Shown here piece by piece: positions 19,397 through 29,221 of a DNA stretch of 64,000 nucleotides. The translations under genes were made by a program, and so were the position numbers. Under the pieces are notes generated by a model. The model did not search any database. It saw only the letters and a program-made list of their open reading frames with translations, and was not told the origin of the DNA. This stretch comes from a virus (Duplodnaviria; Heunggongvirae; Uroviricota; Caudoviricetes), in the IMG/VR virus record IMGVR_UViG_3300010365_001539, positions 76 to 64,075 of that record; one strand, given 5' to 3'. How positions within the stretch are numbered: position 1 is the first letter of the stretch; the number at the start of each line of letters is the position of its first letter.

Positions 19397-19645
19397 ATGG
19401 AAACAAATAATGATAATGGTGACTTCATCTATTTCATAGCTTATCCAGGTGGTGATAGAACTAAAATAACTGTATGTTATGAGTCTATTGCTTGTGATTA
19501 TGAAATAAATGATTATGCATTAGCCTCAAGAGGAAGATGGTATGACTTCAAAGAAGCAAATGAATATTGTAAACAATTAGCAAAGGATAATAATTTAATC
19601 TTCATCAACTCTGATGATGGTGATGGTAATGACTATTTAGACTAA
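19397..19645 (+). CDS. hypothetical acidic protein
   Basis: 82-aa ORF with a D/G-rich C-terminus. Confidence 0.45.
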   Translation: METNNDNGDFIYFIAYPGGDRTKITVCYESIACDYEINDYALASRGRWYDFKEANEYCKQLAKDNNLIFINSDDGDGNDYLD

Positions 19646-20163
19646 TGAAAGATAAATATGAAAATTTTACAAGTGAACAACTTACTAAAGCATTTGAGAA
19701 GTTGGGAATTGTAAAGATGATTGATAGAATAGAATCTGGTGAGGATCCTAATATTAGATTCTCAAGGTTTGATACTTGTTACATAAGTGAGATTCAATAT
19801 GTTGATAGATTATCTGAAATTACAAGAAGATATACAAGATTATCTGACACATTTGAAAGAGCATATCAAGTATTAAAAGATTGGTATGAAATTGATAATC
19901 AATTTTATAGAAGAGAAAAAGATTTTCTAACTTGTGATTATGGATTTGTATGTAGATATGATTTACCAAAGATTACTATTGATATAAATAAGTTTCATAC
20001 TCATTTATATCATATAAGAGTTGCATATCAACATTATGATAGTACTTGGTATGATACAAAAGATTTAGAAAAAGATTTAAACAAAATTTTAGAAAAATTA
20101 CTTGATGAATCAACAGATAAAATTTTAAAAAGAGAACTTAAATTAAGAAAAATACTATGTTAA
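19645..20163 (+). CDS. hypothetical protein
   Basis: 172-aa ORF with an ATGA overlap upstream. Confidence 0.45.
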   Translation: MKDKYENFTSEQLTKAFEKLGIVKMIDRIESGEDPNIRFSRFDTCYISEIQYVDRLSEITRRYTRLSDTFERAYQVLKDWYEIDNQFYRREKDFLTCDYGFVCRYDLPKITIDINKFHTHLYHIRVAYQHYDSTWYDTKDLEKDLNKILEKLLDESTDKILKRELKLRKILC

Positions 20164-20576
20164 TGTATTATAAAGATTGTGTATTTCCAATTAAGTGGAA
20201 AACACTTATGGAAAAAGGAATGTGGTATTCAATGGAACCAAGTCAAATAACTGCAACAATACCTAAAGAAGATTATAAAAAGATTAGAATGTCTTTACTT
20301 AATTCAATTAGACATAGAACTCAGGAAAATTTTATAATTAATAGACCTGGTAAATGGGAAGATGAACATGAATCTGGTAAAGTTTATTTTAAAAACTATC
20401 TTGGTGGATTATATGGGTACATAGATTGTGATATGATGATTAGAAGAGCAACAAAACTTAGTGAAAACTCAAAAGAAGTTAAGATAGTTATAGAGTTTGA
20501 TTGTAACTATGAACAAATTGAAGACAAATCAATAATAAGAGATTTACTATTAAAAAATTTATTACATGAAAATTAA
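20157..20576 (+). CDS. hypothetical protein
   Basis: 139-aa ORF. Confidence 0.45.
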   Translation: MLMYYKDCVFPIKWKTLMEKGMWYSMEPSQITATIPKEDYKKIRMSLLNSIRHRTQENFIINRPGKWEDEHESGKVYFKNYLGGLYGYIDCDMMIRRATKLSENSKEVKIVIEFDCNYEQIEDKSIIRDLLLKNLLHEN

Positions 20577-20919
20577 TAAAATTATATTAAGAATACTACA
20601 CTTCTTTGGTGTGGCAAAAACTCAAGCACATATAGATGATGTTAAAATCTATATACCAAGTGATTATGGTCATAATGGATATAATTTTGAATTTACAACT
20701 CAAATAGTTGATGATATTAAGGAACAAGCATATAGAGAATTAGAAAAGAATACTAAGTTAAAGAAGTGGTGTACCAGAACCAAACAGATATGGGTTGTTT
20801 TACCAGGTGGTCTAATGAAGGTATTTAATTATATTGATGGTACTTTATACTGGCCAGGATTAGAAGATGTTGCAGCACAAAGAGCCAATAAATTAAGTAA
20901 GATATTAAATGAAGAATAA
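20566..20919 (+). CDS. hypothetical protein
   Basis: 117-aa ORF. Confidence 0.45.
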   Translation: MKINKIILRILHFFGVAKTQAHIDDVKIYIPSDYGHNGYNFEFTTQIVDDIKEQAYRELEKNTKLKKWCTRTKQIWVVLPGGLMKVFNYIDGTLYWPGLEDVAAQRANKLSKILNEE

Positions 20920-21076
20920 AGTAACAAAGAAACAGGTAGAAGATTATATTAAGTTCTTAGAGAAAGCTTTAGCAAGTAAAAACTTTAAGAATAATGACCC
21001 TGATAAGTATGAGAAATATAAACAGAAACTTGAAAAAGAAAAATTAAAACTAAAATTGGTTTTTAATAAAGATTAA
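20909..21076 (+). CDS. small hypothetical protein (55 aa, K/E-rich helical)
   Basis: ORF below the 60-aa track cutoff. It fills the gap between 20919 and 21077 with overlap-coupled start and stop. Confidence 0.3.
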   Translation: MKNKVTKKQVEDYIKFLEKALASKNFKNNDPDKYEKYKQKLEKEKLKLKLVFNKD

Positions 21077-21502
21077 ATGAAATTAAATGTAGATTTTATA
21101 GACAGAGAAGATTATATTTGGATATATCAAAATTGTGATATATTCAAAAAATATCTATATGATTACTTTGACTTTAAAGGTAAAGGTCTAACACACTGGG
21201 CAATTAGAGTAAGTGCAAATGGTCATTATATAAAAGTAACTCTACACAAAGCACCTAAATTAAATGAGGTAAGTTGGATGATACTTAATGGTAGTTTAGA
21301 TAGTAACACTGATATTGGTGCAAGAATAGGTGGAGGTATTGGAACAATAACAAACTCAATCAATGTTGCAGGTGCAAAAAATCAACCTATACAATCTAAA
21401 GAATTAGATGGAATAAAAGAAGAAACTCAAGGTACTTACTTTAAGGACATAATGAGAATAATTAAAAGAGATATTAAACTTAAAACAATATTAAATGAAT
21501 AA
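21077..21502 (+). CDS. hypothetical protein
   Basis: 141-aa ORF. Confidence 0.45.
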   Translation: MKLNVDFIDREDYIWIYQNCDIFKKYLYDYFDFKGKGLTHWAIRVSANGHYIKVTLHKAPKLNEVSWMILNGSLDSNTDIGARIGGGIGTITNSINVAGAKNQPIQSKELDGIKEETQGTYFKDIMRIIKRDIKLKTILNE

Positions 21503-21893
21503 AGAAGAATTAAAAACTGTGATTGGTTCACTAATGTCCGATCTTAGACTTTTCAATACTTTTACAACATTTTCTCCTAAATTAGGGAATTGGGCATATG
21601 ACTATTTAGAAAGAATGAAATTACTTATTGAACTATTAAATGAATTGAAATCATTAGAACCTGAACTTGAATCAGATTGTGACAACTTAATCAGTCATAC
21701 AGAAAGAGAGATTGAAGATCCATTTGATGGTAGAACTTTTAGAGGTGCTTTTCTTTATGCATATCAAAGTGAAGAAGGTTGTACCAGAGAAGTACATACA
21801 TATTTAGAGAGAATTTTAACACATCCAGAATATAATAACATTGAAGTAAATATTGCAACTCAAAGAGAAGAAAAACTAAACCAAATACTATGA
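21495..21893 (+). CDS. hypothetical protein
   Basis: 132-aa ORF ending REEKLNQIL (a weak variant of the C-terminal motif). Confidence 0.45.
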   Translation: MNKEELKTVIGSLMSDLRLFNTFTTFSPKLGNWAYDYLERMKLLIELLNELKSLEPELESDCDNLISHTEREIEDPFDGRTFRGAFLYAYQSEEGCTREVHTYLERILTHPEYNNIEVNIATQREEKLNQIL

Positions 21894-22252
21894 TACTTTA
21901 TCAATTAATACTATCACATTTAACGTTTGACTATGGTAAAGCTTTAACACCAGAAATGATTAAAGCTAAGTCAAAAGGTTATCCTTATATTCCAATTGCT
22001 AAACAAGCACTCTTACATGCAATTGGTATATGTTTAGTTTTAATATTTAACTCAATTAGTATTCAAAAAATAGTTGTGGTAAGTTCATTTGAGTTCTCAG
22101 CTCACTTCTTTATAGATGTGATGAAAGGTAGAATTGAAACTAAATGGCCTAAACTAAAGGATCCAACTAATCCTTATCACTGGCATTTATTTCAAATAGA
22201 CCAGTTTTTACATATTACTTGCAAATACTTAATCTATTTATTTGTTGTATAA
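21890..22252 (+). CDS. hypothetical membrane protein
   Basis: 120-aa ORF with hydrophobic segments. Confidence 0.45.
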   Translation: MILYQLILSHLTFDYGKALTPEMIKAKSKGYPYIPIAKQALLHAIGICLVLIFNSISIQKIVVVSSFEFSAHFFIDVMKGRIETKWPKLKDPTNPYHWHLFQIDQFLHITCKYLIYLFVV

Positions 22253-22284
22253 AAAAAGGTGAGAATTATTTCTCACCTTTTTTC
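22253..22284. terminator. bidirectional rho-independent terminator
   Basis: AAAAAGGTGAGAA-TTAT-TTCTCACCTTTTTT, between convergent 21890..22252 (+) and 22266..22904 (-). Confidence 0.7.
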
Positions 22285-22904
22285 ATAAAATACTTTTCTA
22301 TTCTTTTACTTAATCTCACATTTGGATCTTCATCAGTTCTTCCTAATAAACTATATGGTGTTAAAAAACCAATACTTAGAAAAATCCTTCTACTTGAAAA
22401 TGCATCTGTCCAATGTTTATATAAAGAAGCCTCAAAACAATACATATCAGTGGCTTTTACTTCAAAAACATCTTTGTCTATGTAAAAGTTATAATCTTCT
22501 GCTACAACGCTTATATTACACTTATAGTTTATATATCCTTCTTTAGATACATCATAATGTGCATTTATCTTTCCACCTTTATTCATATCAACAACTTGTA
22601 CAAATGAATTATCTGTTGGTAATCCCATTTCATCTGCAACTCTTTTAATAATTGATTTTAAAAAGTCAGGTAATTCTTCTTTATGAACTTCTGATGCAGA
22701 CTGAAATGTTGTAATATAGTTTGTTAGTGGTGTATCTGATATATCAAACATATGAGATTTACCTTTTAATTCTTTAGAAAATTCAGTAATATAATAATTA
22801 CTTTCTCTACTTTTAAAATCAATAGTATCAACCCATTCAGTTATTAATTTTACTTCTTCATTTGAAATAAAACTTCTTTTTATTTTATAATTTTTAGATT
22901 CCAT
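22266..22904 (-). CDS. 2OG-Fe(II) oxygenase superfamily-like protein (possible prolyl/lysyl hydroxylase type)
   Basis: Candidate HxD (GGKINAHYDVS), a distal His (LYKHW) and an RxS-like motif (RRIFLSIGF) in the right order and spacing for the double-stranded beta-helix fold. Confidence 0.45.
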   Translation of the reverse strand: MESKNYKIKRSFISNEEVKLITEWVDTIDFKSRESNYYITEFSKELKGKSHMFDISDTPLTNYITTFQSASEVHKEELPDFLKSIIKRVADEMGLPTDNSFVQVVDMNKGGKINAHYDVSKEGYINYKCNISVVAEDYNFYIDKDVFEVKATDMYCFEASLYKHWTDAFSSRRIFLSIGFLTPYSLLGRTDEDPNVRLSKRIEKYFMKKGEK

Positions 22905-23194
22905 TTTGATAAAAATTCTTTTGGTCCATTTTCTTCTATTATTGAATGTTCTTGAACAGATAACAACTTATCATAACCTGTTTGGTCAACATTAATAAAA
23001 CAAAACCAATGTGTTGCAGGTAATTCACCTGTCTCAGAAACCGGAATACTTAAATGTCCTTTAGGTAAAGTTTCTTTATATGCTTGTAAACCTGGATGTA
23101 ATACATTTTTATTTTGATTTGGAACTAATACACCTTTACTATTTTCTCTTGCTAACTCTACTTTAGAGTCTTCGCATAATATACATAACTTCAT
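22880..23194 (-). CDS. hypothetical protein (overlaps the start of 22266..22904 by 25 nt; the two may be one gene)
   Basis: 104-aa ORF with His-rich segments PKGHLSIP...ATHWF. Confidence 0.35.
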   Translation of the reverse strand: MKLCILCEDSKVELARENSKGVLVPNQNKNVLHPGLQAYKETLPKGHLSIPVSETGELPATHWFCFINVDQTGYDKLLSVQEHSIIEENGPKEFLSKWNLKIIK

Positions 23195-23204
23195 ATTTTC
23201 TTAT

Positions 23205-24476
23205 TTATTTTTTATCTATAATATTTGTGTATAAATATTCACCACCATAAACATCTAAAGGAACAGAATATAAATAATCTACTTCACCAGTTTCTACATT
23301 TAATTCTCCAATACATTGAAATTCATTATTTGTTTCTTTATCATTTGAAATTAAATTACAATATATTTTACCATCAACATTTATAGCACTAATTGTATAC
23401 CATACTTTTGACATAGTAATATCAGGAACATTGTTTATAACAATTTGATTCATATTTTCATAATCAAATAATCCAGTATTTACATCATATCTACTTACAG
23501 ATGATATTGGCAATCCATTTGCAGTAAAAACACCCCATGTTTCATCATTGTATCTAAATAAACTTGTTGGGAAAAGTCCATCATAATCAAGATTGTGAAC
23601 TGATAATAATGATGCAGTTCCATAATATGTATCTACCATATAAGTTTTAGGGAAAATATAATCATTATCAAATTTATCAAAAAATAAAAATCTATCTAAA
23701 CATACAAACTGACTTTCACCATAATAATACATAGATGTTGGTGTTGATGCACCTTTAAGACTATTAATAGTTATTGTAATATGTTGTGATGCAGAACCAC
23801 CAAATTGACTTGCATTTATACTAATTGTATCACCAATTTTATATAAATCACCTCTATTATTAGTAAAAACACTTGAAACTGTTCCACCACTAACAACAAT
23901 ATCAAAACTTGCTGCATAACCAGAACCTGTTGTACTTCCGGTTAATCCATTATATGTATTATCTGTACCTGCAATTTTAGTAAAACTCAAGTCATCAATT
24001 GCACCACCAATAATTCCTACTATATCAATATCTATATATGACATACTACCAGAATTATCCATCTTACCAAATAAAATTGGATTTGATGGATCATAAATAT
24101 CTTTACTTGCAAAATATTTTAATCCATCATCTGGATTATCTGCAAATACAGTAGGTCCATAAAAAATATCACTTGTTGCAAATGGTGTAACTTCATTATT
24201 TTTCAATAAATCAAATAAAACATAGTCATCTGGTGGTAAAGTTGGTACACTTTTAAGACCAAATATTAAAAAATCTGTTGATTGTTTTTTATTTCCAGAT
24301 CCTCCACCTGCACCAGCCCCAGCACCTGCTGCTGCAGAAGATGCAGCTGCAGCAGCATTATTAAAACTTGACTCCATCATCATATTTGACTGATGTATAA
24401 AGTATTGTCTTGCTTGCTCTTGAGCACTTAATCCTTGATTTTTTGGTAAATTCCTAAATTGATTCCAACTCCACAT
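23205..24476 (-). CDS. hypothetical large protein with an Ala/Gly low-complexity region, possibly structural
   Basis: 423-aa - strand ORF with AAAAASSAAAGAGAGAGGGSG. Beta-rich. Confidence 0.5.
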   Translation of the reverse strand: MWSWNQFRNLPKNQGLSAQEQARQYFIHQSNMMMESSFNNAAAAASSAAAGAGAGAGGGSGNKKQSTDFLIFGLKSVPTLPPDDYVLFDLLKNNEVTPFATSDIFYGPTVFADNPDDGLKYFASKDIYDPSNPILFGKMDNSGSMSYIDIDIVGIIGGAIDDLSFTKIAGTDNTYNGLTGSTTGSGYAASFDIVVSGGTVSSVFTNNRGDLYKIGDTISINASQFGGSASQHITITINSLKGASTPTSMYYYGESQFVCLDRFLFFDKFDNDYIFPKTYMVDTYYGTASLLSVHNLDYDGLFPTSLFRYNDETWGVFTANGLPISSVSRYDVNTGLFDYENMNQIVINNVPDITMSKVWYTISAINVDGKIYCNLISNDKETNNEFQCIGELNVETGEVDYLYSVPLDVYGGEYLYTNIIDKK

Positions 24477-24570
24477 ATTATTTAATTAGTTTTCAGTATA
24501 TATAAAATAATACCATTGTAAATTTGTATAATTGGTTTTTTATTTTTATTTTTGTCCAAAATATTATAAT

Positions 24571-25701
24571 ATGAATTCATTTACTTATAAAGATATAGAA
24601 TATAAATCAGGAGATGCAATAATTTTCAAAATTGATGGTGTTGTGGTCAGAGGTAAATTATATACCGAAAAACGTCCAAAAAGTGAAAATTGGGTAAATG
24701 CTCATGTATGTCACAATAATGAAAGATTTGATGGAGATTGTGCATCAGATAAGTTTGGATATGATTACTCTTGGTCATTCTCATTTGACCTTAATGATAC
24801 AGATCCATTTAGTGGTAGTGATGTTATTATTCTATGCCATGACATAGAATCTAATGAAAAAGAAAACTTCCAAGTATCTGATGAATTTGAAAACTTTCTA
24901 TCAACAAAAGAATTAGAATTGGTTTCTGTTTTACTTGAGAGAGAATGTGTATTTAAACAATATAACAAATTTGAAATTTCAGAGAAAACAGGTTATATTA
25001 AACTTACTGATACAGACAAAAATAGATTTGTAGATATTAAGTTTGGTAGATTCTTGACTACTTTATTCACTACAGTTAAAGGTCTTTATAAAGTTGAAAT
25101 TAATTATACAAACAGAGATATAGAAAATTTCTATAACTCATTTGTATCATTCCAAAGTGATAGCTGTATTGAGTTAGTTGAACTTAAAGGTGATGAAATA
25201 ATTGAAGCATATAAGTCCGAAAATTACTTATACCAAAAATCTTCATTAGGTGGTTCTTGTATGACTGATAATACTGACTATCTAAAATTATATACTTCAA
25301 ATCCTGATATTGTTAGTTTATTGGCAATTAAAACCTATGGTAAAATTGTTGGTAGATGTCTAATCTGGAATACTAATCAAGGTAGAATAATGGATAAAAG
25401 ATATACTTGTTTTGATTGGGTTAATTCAAAATTTGAAACAATTATAGAAGAAAGTGATTACATTTGTTGTTCTACTTTAGAAGATTATCCAAAATGTAAG
25501 AAAATTGATATTAAATTAGAAAACTTTGAAGAGTTAAAAGATATTGAATATCCTTATCTTGATACATTCAAATATTTTAATACTGTTCAAGGATTTCTAA
25601 CCAATACTATTAATGAAGAAATGTATGCACCACATACTGAACAAGAGAAAAAAGAGTTTTTACAATTAACAAGATCCAATGGTAGATCAGATAGAATATA
25701 A
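24571..25701 (+). CDS. paralog-family A protein (conserved C-terminal GRxLxW / MDxRYT / YPYLDTFKYF domain)
   Basis: The ATG at 24571 is preferred: it is in frame with the track ORF 24532..25701 and sits after a TAAATTTG promoter-like element. The C-terminal ~150 aa align by eye with 27920..29170 and 47410..48369. Confidence 0.55.
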   Translation: MNSFTYKDIEYKSGDAIIFKIDGVVVRGKLYTEKRPKSENWVNAHVCHNNERFDGDCASDKFGYDYSWSFSFDLNDTDPFSGSDVIILCHDIESNEKENFQVSDEFENFLSTKELELVSVLLERECVFKQYNKFEISEKTGYIKLTDTDKNRFVDIKFGRFLTTLFTTVKGLYKVEINYTNRDIENFYNSFVSFQSDSCIELVELKGDEIIEAYKSENYLYQKSSLGGSCMTDNTDYLKLYTSNPDIVSLLAIKTYGKIVGRCLIWNTNQGRIMDKRYTCFDWVNSKFETIIEESDYICCSTLEDYPKCKKIDIKLENFEELKDIEYPYLDTFKYFNTVQGFLTNTINEEMYAPHTEQEKKEFLQLTRSNGRSDRI

Positions 25702-25702
25702 A

Positions 25703-25724
25703 AAGGCCTTTGGCCTTTTTTATT
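25703..25724. terminator. bidirectional rho-independent terminator
   Basis: AAAGGCC-TTT-GGCCTTTTTT, between convergent 24571..25701 (+) and 25720..26052 (-). Confidence 0.7.
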
Positions 25725-26052
25725 TTAATTTTATTTCTGGAAGTTCAACTTGATGAAATACTACATTCATTTCATTTATAAAAGTATCAATCCTACTTCC
25801 CAAATCCTCTAATTCTTTTACAATTAATCTATTAAGAGCTAATTTATTTATCTCATTCTTATATTCTTCAAAACATGACACAAAATATTTATTAACATCA
25901 TCAAAGTCTTCTATTAAAATAAGTTTAAGTTTAAAATCTCTATCATTCATCAATTCTTTATACTCTAACTCTAACATATTTAAGTGTTCTATTAAATATA
26001 GAAAATACTCTAATTCTTTTTTCTCATTTATTACTTGTTTATAAAAATCCAT
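25720..26052 (-). CDS. hypothetical helical protein
   Basis: 110-aa - strand ORF. Confidence 0.45.
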   Translation of the reverse strand: MDFYKQVINEKKELEYFLYLIEHLNMLELEYKELMNDRDFKLKLILIEDFDDVNKYFVSCFEEYKNEINKLALNRLIVKELEDLGSRIDTFINEMNVVFHQVELPEIKLK

Positions 26053-26084
26053 AAAATATTTTTGTTTATTATATTATTAATTTA

Positions 26085-26092
26085 TATCTTTG
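26085..26092 (+). promoter_or_regulatory. Bacteroidetes-type -7 element TATCTTTG
   Basis: TAnnTTTG 17 nt upstream of the ATG at 26109. Confidence 0.4.
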
Positions 26093-26108
26093 TCTAAATT
26101 AATTTTAT

Positions 26109-26396
26109 ATGAAGAATATTAAGTACATAGATGGTCAAACTAACTTCTCTTTTGATAATAGATTAGAATATGATGGGTTAGAATTACCAATTCTACCAAT
26201 TGGTGCAACAGTATCTACAAGATATACACAAGATGTAATTGTGGGTATTGAATATTTAGGTTGTGGTTTCAGATACAAAATACAAACTGTAAAAGTAAAA
26301 CCAGGACCTGAATTTCTTACTAAGGATTTATTTGTTGGTAAGATTACAGAAACTTATGCACACCAATTAACTACAATTGATAAAATCTCTGTATAA
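26109..26396 (+). CDS. hypothetical protein
   Basis: 95-aa ORF. Confidence 0.45.
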   Translation: MKNIKYIDGQTNFSFDNRLEYDGLELPILPIGATVSTRYTQDVIVGIEYLGCGFRYKIQTVKVKPGPEFLTKDLFVGKITETYAHQLTTIDKISV

Positions 26397-26776
26397 TGGA
26401 TGAAATACAACATGACCTTATTGTAGAATATATCAAAAATGGTGGTGAAATGTGGGTACTTGAAGCCATAAATACTTACAGGGATGGTGGTACTAAATCA
26501 TTGGAGACTAATATGAAAAAACCTAATAGCACAGGTTTTATACAATATTACATCCACAAAAATAATTGGACAATACATTATAGTTATCCAACTTATATTG
26601 GTAATGATGAAGAAAGTATTATTACTAACAAACCAACCATTGCATATATAATGGATAGACTTAATAGATATAAAGAGAATATAGAACATAAGTTAAAATC
26701 AACTAATTCAATTATAGAAAACCTTTCAATTGAGGGAATTAGAGACAGAAAAATTAATGAAATTTTAGATAAATGA
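26396..26776 (+). CDS. hypothetical protein with a C-terminal RDRKINEILDK motif variant
   Basis: 126-aa ORF with an ATAATG junction. Confidence 0.45.
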   Translation: MDEIQHDLIVEYIKNGGEMWVLEAINTYRDGGTKSLETNMKKPNSTGFIQYYIHKNNWTIHYSYPTYIGNDEESIITNKPTIAYIMDRLNRYKENIEHKLKSTNSIIENLSIEGIRDRKINEILDK

Positions 26777-27243
26777 AAGAAGAATTGATAAATAAAATAT
26801 TAGATTCCTTATATGAAGGAACTAAAGCAGGTGCAGTAATATGGTCACTAAGAAAAACTATTTTCAATAGTGAAACTAGTCATAATATGAATACATTGTC
26901 AACTGATGGTGAAACTGAATTTCAGGTTGAAATACATTTAGATGATAGTTTAAAATTAAAATCAGGAACCAGTCTTATTATACGTAATAAGAAAATATTA
27001 GATGGTTATGCATCTACTTCTTCTTATAAAAATGATACTCTAAAAGAATTGGAAAAACTCATCTTTGAAAATTTTATTAAACCAACTCTTAAACCAAGAA
27101 GTAATGATGAATATGTACTTGAAGATATTCTAAATAGTATTGGATCCAAAGAATATATGAGAGATAAAAAATTAGAACAGATATTAGGTGAAGATAAAGA
27201 AGAAACAAAAACAGAAGAAAAGAAAAATTGGAGATTATGGTAA
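26773..27243 (+). CDS. hypothetical protein
   Basis: 156-aa ORF. Internal RDKKLEQILGE motif variant near the C-terminus. Confidence 0.45.
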   Translation: MKEELINKILDSLYEGTKAGAVIWSLRKTIFNSETSHNMNTLSTDGETEFQVEIHLDDSLKLKSGTSLIIRNKKILDGYASTSSYKNDTLKELEKLIFENFIKPTLKPRSNDEYVLEDILNSIGSKEYMRDKKLEQILGEDKEETKTEEKKNWRLW

Positions 27244-27533
27244 GAGTTTGTTATAGTACAGAGTTTGGTGATTATGAAAAAGTAATTTCTATTAATGAGA
27301 TTGCAGACTTCTCTAAAGATTATACAATAACTTCTGTTGAAGAGGTTGAACAAGAAAAAGAATATCAAGTAATCACAAGACAGATGGCAAAAGAAATGGC
27401 CAGAAGTAGAGATTGTCATTGTGTTTTAGGTAAAGATAGAGATAGTAACTTTGACCAAGTTATAGATAAAGTCTATGATTACTTTGAACAATATGAAAGA
27501 AATAAAAAACTAGAACAAATATTATCCAAATAA
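27228..27533 (+). CDS. hypothetical protein with a C-terminal ERNKKLEQILSK motif variant
   Basis: 101-aa ORF. Confidence 0.45.
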   Translation: MEIMVRVCYSTEFGDYEKVISINEIADFSKDYTITSVEEVEQEKEYQVITRQMAKEMARSRDCHCVLGKDRDSNFDQVIDKVYDYFEQYERNKKLEQILSK

Positions 27534-27569
27534 TTTTTTTATTAACCCAATTTATATTACATTTGTACT

Positions 27570-27665
27570 ATGAAAAAAATACTATTACTATTAACATTAT
27601 TTTTGAGTTTCACTTCACAATCTCAAAATTTTACCCCAAACTTAAATGACAAATTACTTTCATAA
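27570..27665 (+). pseudogene. truncated copy of a lipoprotein gene start (31 codons)
   Basis: TTTGTACTATGAAAAAAATACTATTA...TTAACATTA is near-identical to the promoter and first codons of 41453..41752. The reading frame stops after 31 codons. Confidence 0.35.
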
Positions 27666-27712
27666 ACTTAGTTTTATAATAATATATAAAGTTATAAAAA
27701 AAAATCTTAATT

Positions 27713-27901
27713 ATGTTTAATTGGTTAAAAAATATTTTTAAAAAAAAACTTATAAGAAAAAGAATTATATCTGATGATGAATATAATTCACTTAAAAAAG
27801 ATAAACAAGATAGAATAAATGAAATACTTGATAAGATTTCAGAAAAAGGATATTCATCTTTAACCAAAAAAGAAATTGACTTCTTAAATAAAAATAGTTA
27901 A
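27713..27901 (+). CDS. small hypothetical protein
   Basis: 62-aa K-rich ORF. Confidence 0.3.
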   Translation: MFNWLKNIFKKKLIRKRIISDDEYNSLKKDKQDRINEILDKISEKGYSSLTKKEIDFLNKNS

Positions 27902-27919
27902 TATTTTTATATATAGTCT

Positions 27920-29170
27920 ATGAAGATTAATAAATATGAACATTTTCTTTTAGAATCTGTAGTTAATGAACTTATATTAGAAGCAAATATAACATTTAAA
28001 AAAGATTTTATAGAAGTTTTAGATGATATGAAAACAGGATTCCCTGGACCTGTTGATAATATATGTGATGTTCTTTTAGATATGATAGGAACTGATTTAG
28101 ATATAAATCAAAATAATATTGGATTATCAACTGAAACAGACAAAATTACTTTTATACCAGAAGATAAAATTGATCAAGCAAATGTTAAAATAATTAAGAA
28201 TGTAGTTTCTTACTCACAAGATAATGATTTACATCCTGTACAAAAAGAAGCTAAACTTCCTACAGAAGGAATGATATTCATAGAAGTAGAAAATTTCTTA
28301 GAAAATGATATTATAAATAGTTGGAAAATAATCAAAACCATTAATATGGCAATAGTTCCAGATTCTAACTATAATGATTGTATATTATACTACTTACAAA
28401 ATACTGATGATCCTACTAAATTTACAACAATATTTCAATACAGTAATAAACCAAATGATATGCCTTATGAATATATTTTACCTGAAAATAAAATGGGTAA
28501 AATTAAAATAGGTAGATATGTAAATAGATTATTAGATTTAGAGTTCAAAGGTGACCAAAGAAAAGAATACACTGCATCAGATGTTGAACAATTCACCAAT
28601 AAATTTATTAGTACAGTTGAATATAAACTAAAAGCACTTGACCATTTCAGAATAATTTCAGGTGGTGAAATTAAACATTGGTATCTATTGGATAATTATG
28701 CAGGAAAAACAGGACAATTAGGACAATCTTGTATGAAATATTCACATTGTCAAGAATTTTTTGATATTTATCTTGATAATCCTGAGGTATGTAAATTATT
28801 AATCTTTACTGATCCAAAAGATAAATTACTAGGTAGAGCACTTCTTTGGAAATTAGAAAATGGTACTAATTATATGGATCGTATCTACACAACCAGAGAT
28901 TCTAATATAGATTTATTTATTAAGTGGGGTAAAGAAAATGGGTATACCAAATATTATGAAAGAACATCAAATAATAAACTTTCTGTAAAGGTTGAATCAA
29001 AAGATTATGCACAATATCCTTTTATGGACACTTTTAAATATTATAAACCAGAAGATGGAATTCTATCAAATAAAGAACTTGAAAAACCTTATTTAGAAAT
29101 ACAAGAACAAAATGGACAAGCTTTAAGAAGAATTGATGGTGAAACTTCAAGAAGACCAGAAGATATGTAA
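27920..29170 (+). CDS. paralog-family A protein
   Basis: C-terminal GRALLWKLENGTNYMDRIYT...YPFMDTFKYY shared with 24571..25701 and 47410..48369. Confidence 0.55.
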   Translation: MKINKYEHFLLESVVNELILEANITFKKDFIEVLDDMKTGFPGPVDNICDVLLDMIGTDLDINQNNIGLSTETDKITFIPEDKIDQANVKIIKNVVSYSQDNDLHPVQKEAKLPTEGMIFIEVENFLENDIINSWKIIKTINMAIVPDSNYNDCILYYLQNTDDPTKFTTIFQYSNKPNDMPYEYILPENKMGKIKIGRYVNRLLDLEFKGDQRKEYTASDVEQFTNKFISTVEYKLKALDHFRIISGGEIKHWYLLDNYAGKTGQLGQSCMKYSHCQEFFDIYLDNPEVCKLLIFTDPKDKLLGRALLWKLENGTNYMDRIYTTRDSNIDLFIKWGKENGYTKYYERTSNNKLSVKVESKDYAQYPFMDTFKYYKPEDGILSNKELEKPYLEIQEQNGQALRRIDGETSRRPEDM

Positions 29171-29221
29171 ACAATTATAATTTTCATTGTATAAATTAAA
29201 AATAATTTATATCTTTGTTAC

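Noticed and set aside
22219-22546. + strand ORFs 22219..22485 and 22322..22546
   Set aside because: They span a bidirectional terminator and run antisense to the 2OG-oxygenase-like gene 22266..22904. They are spurious.
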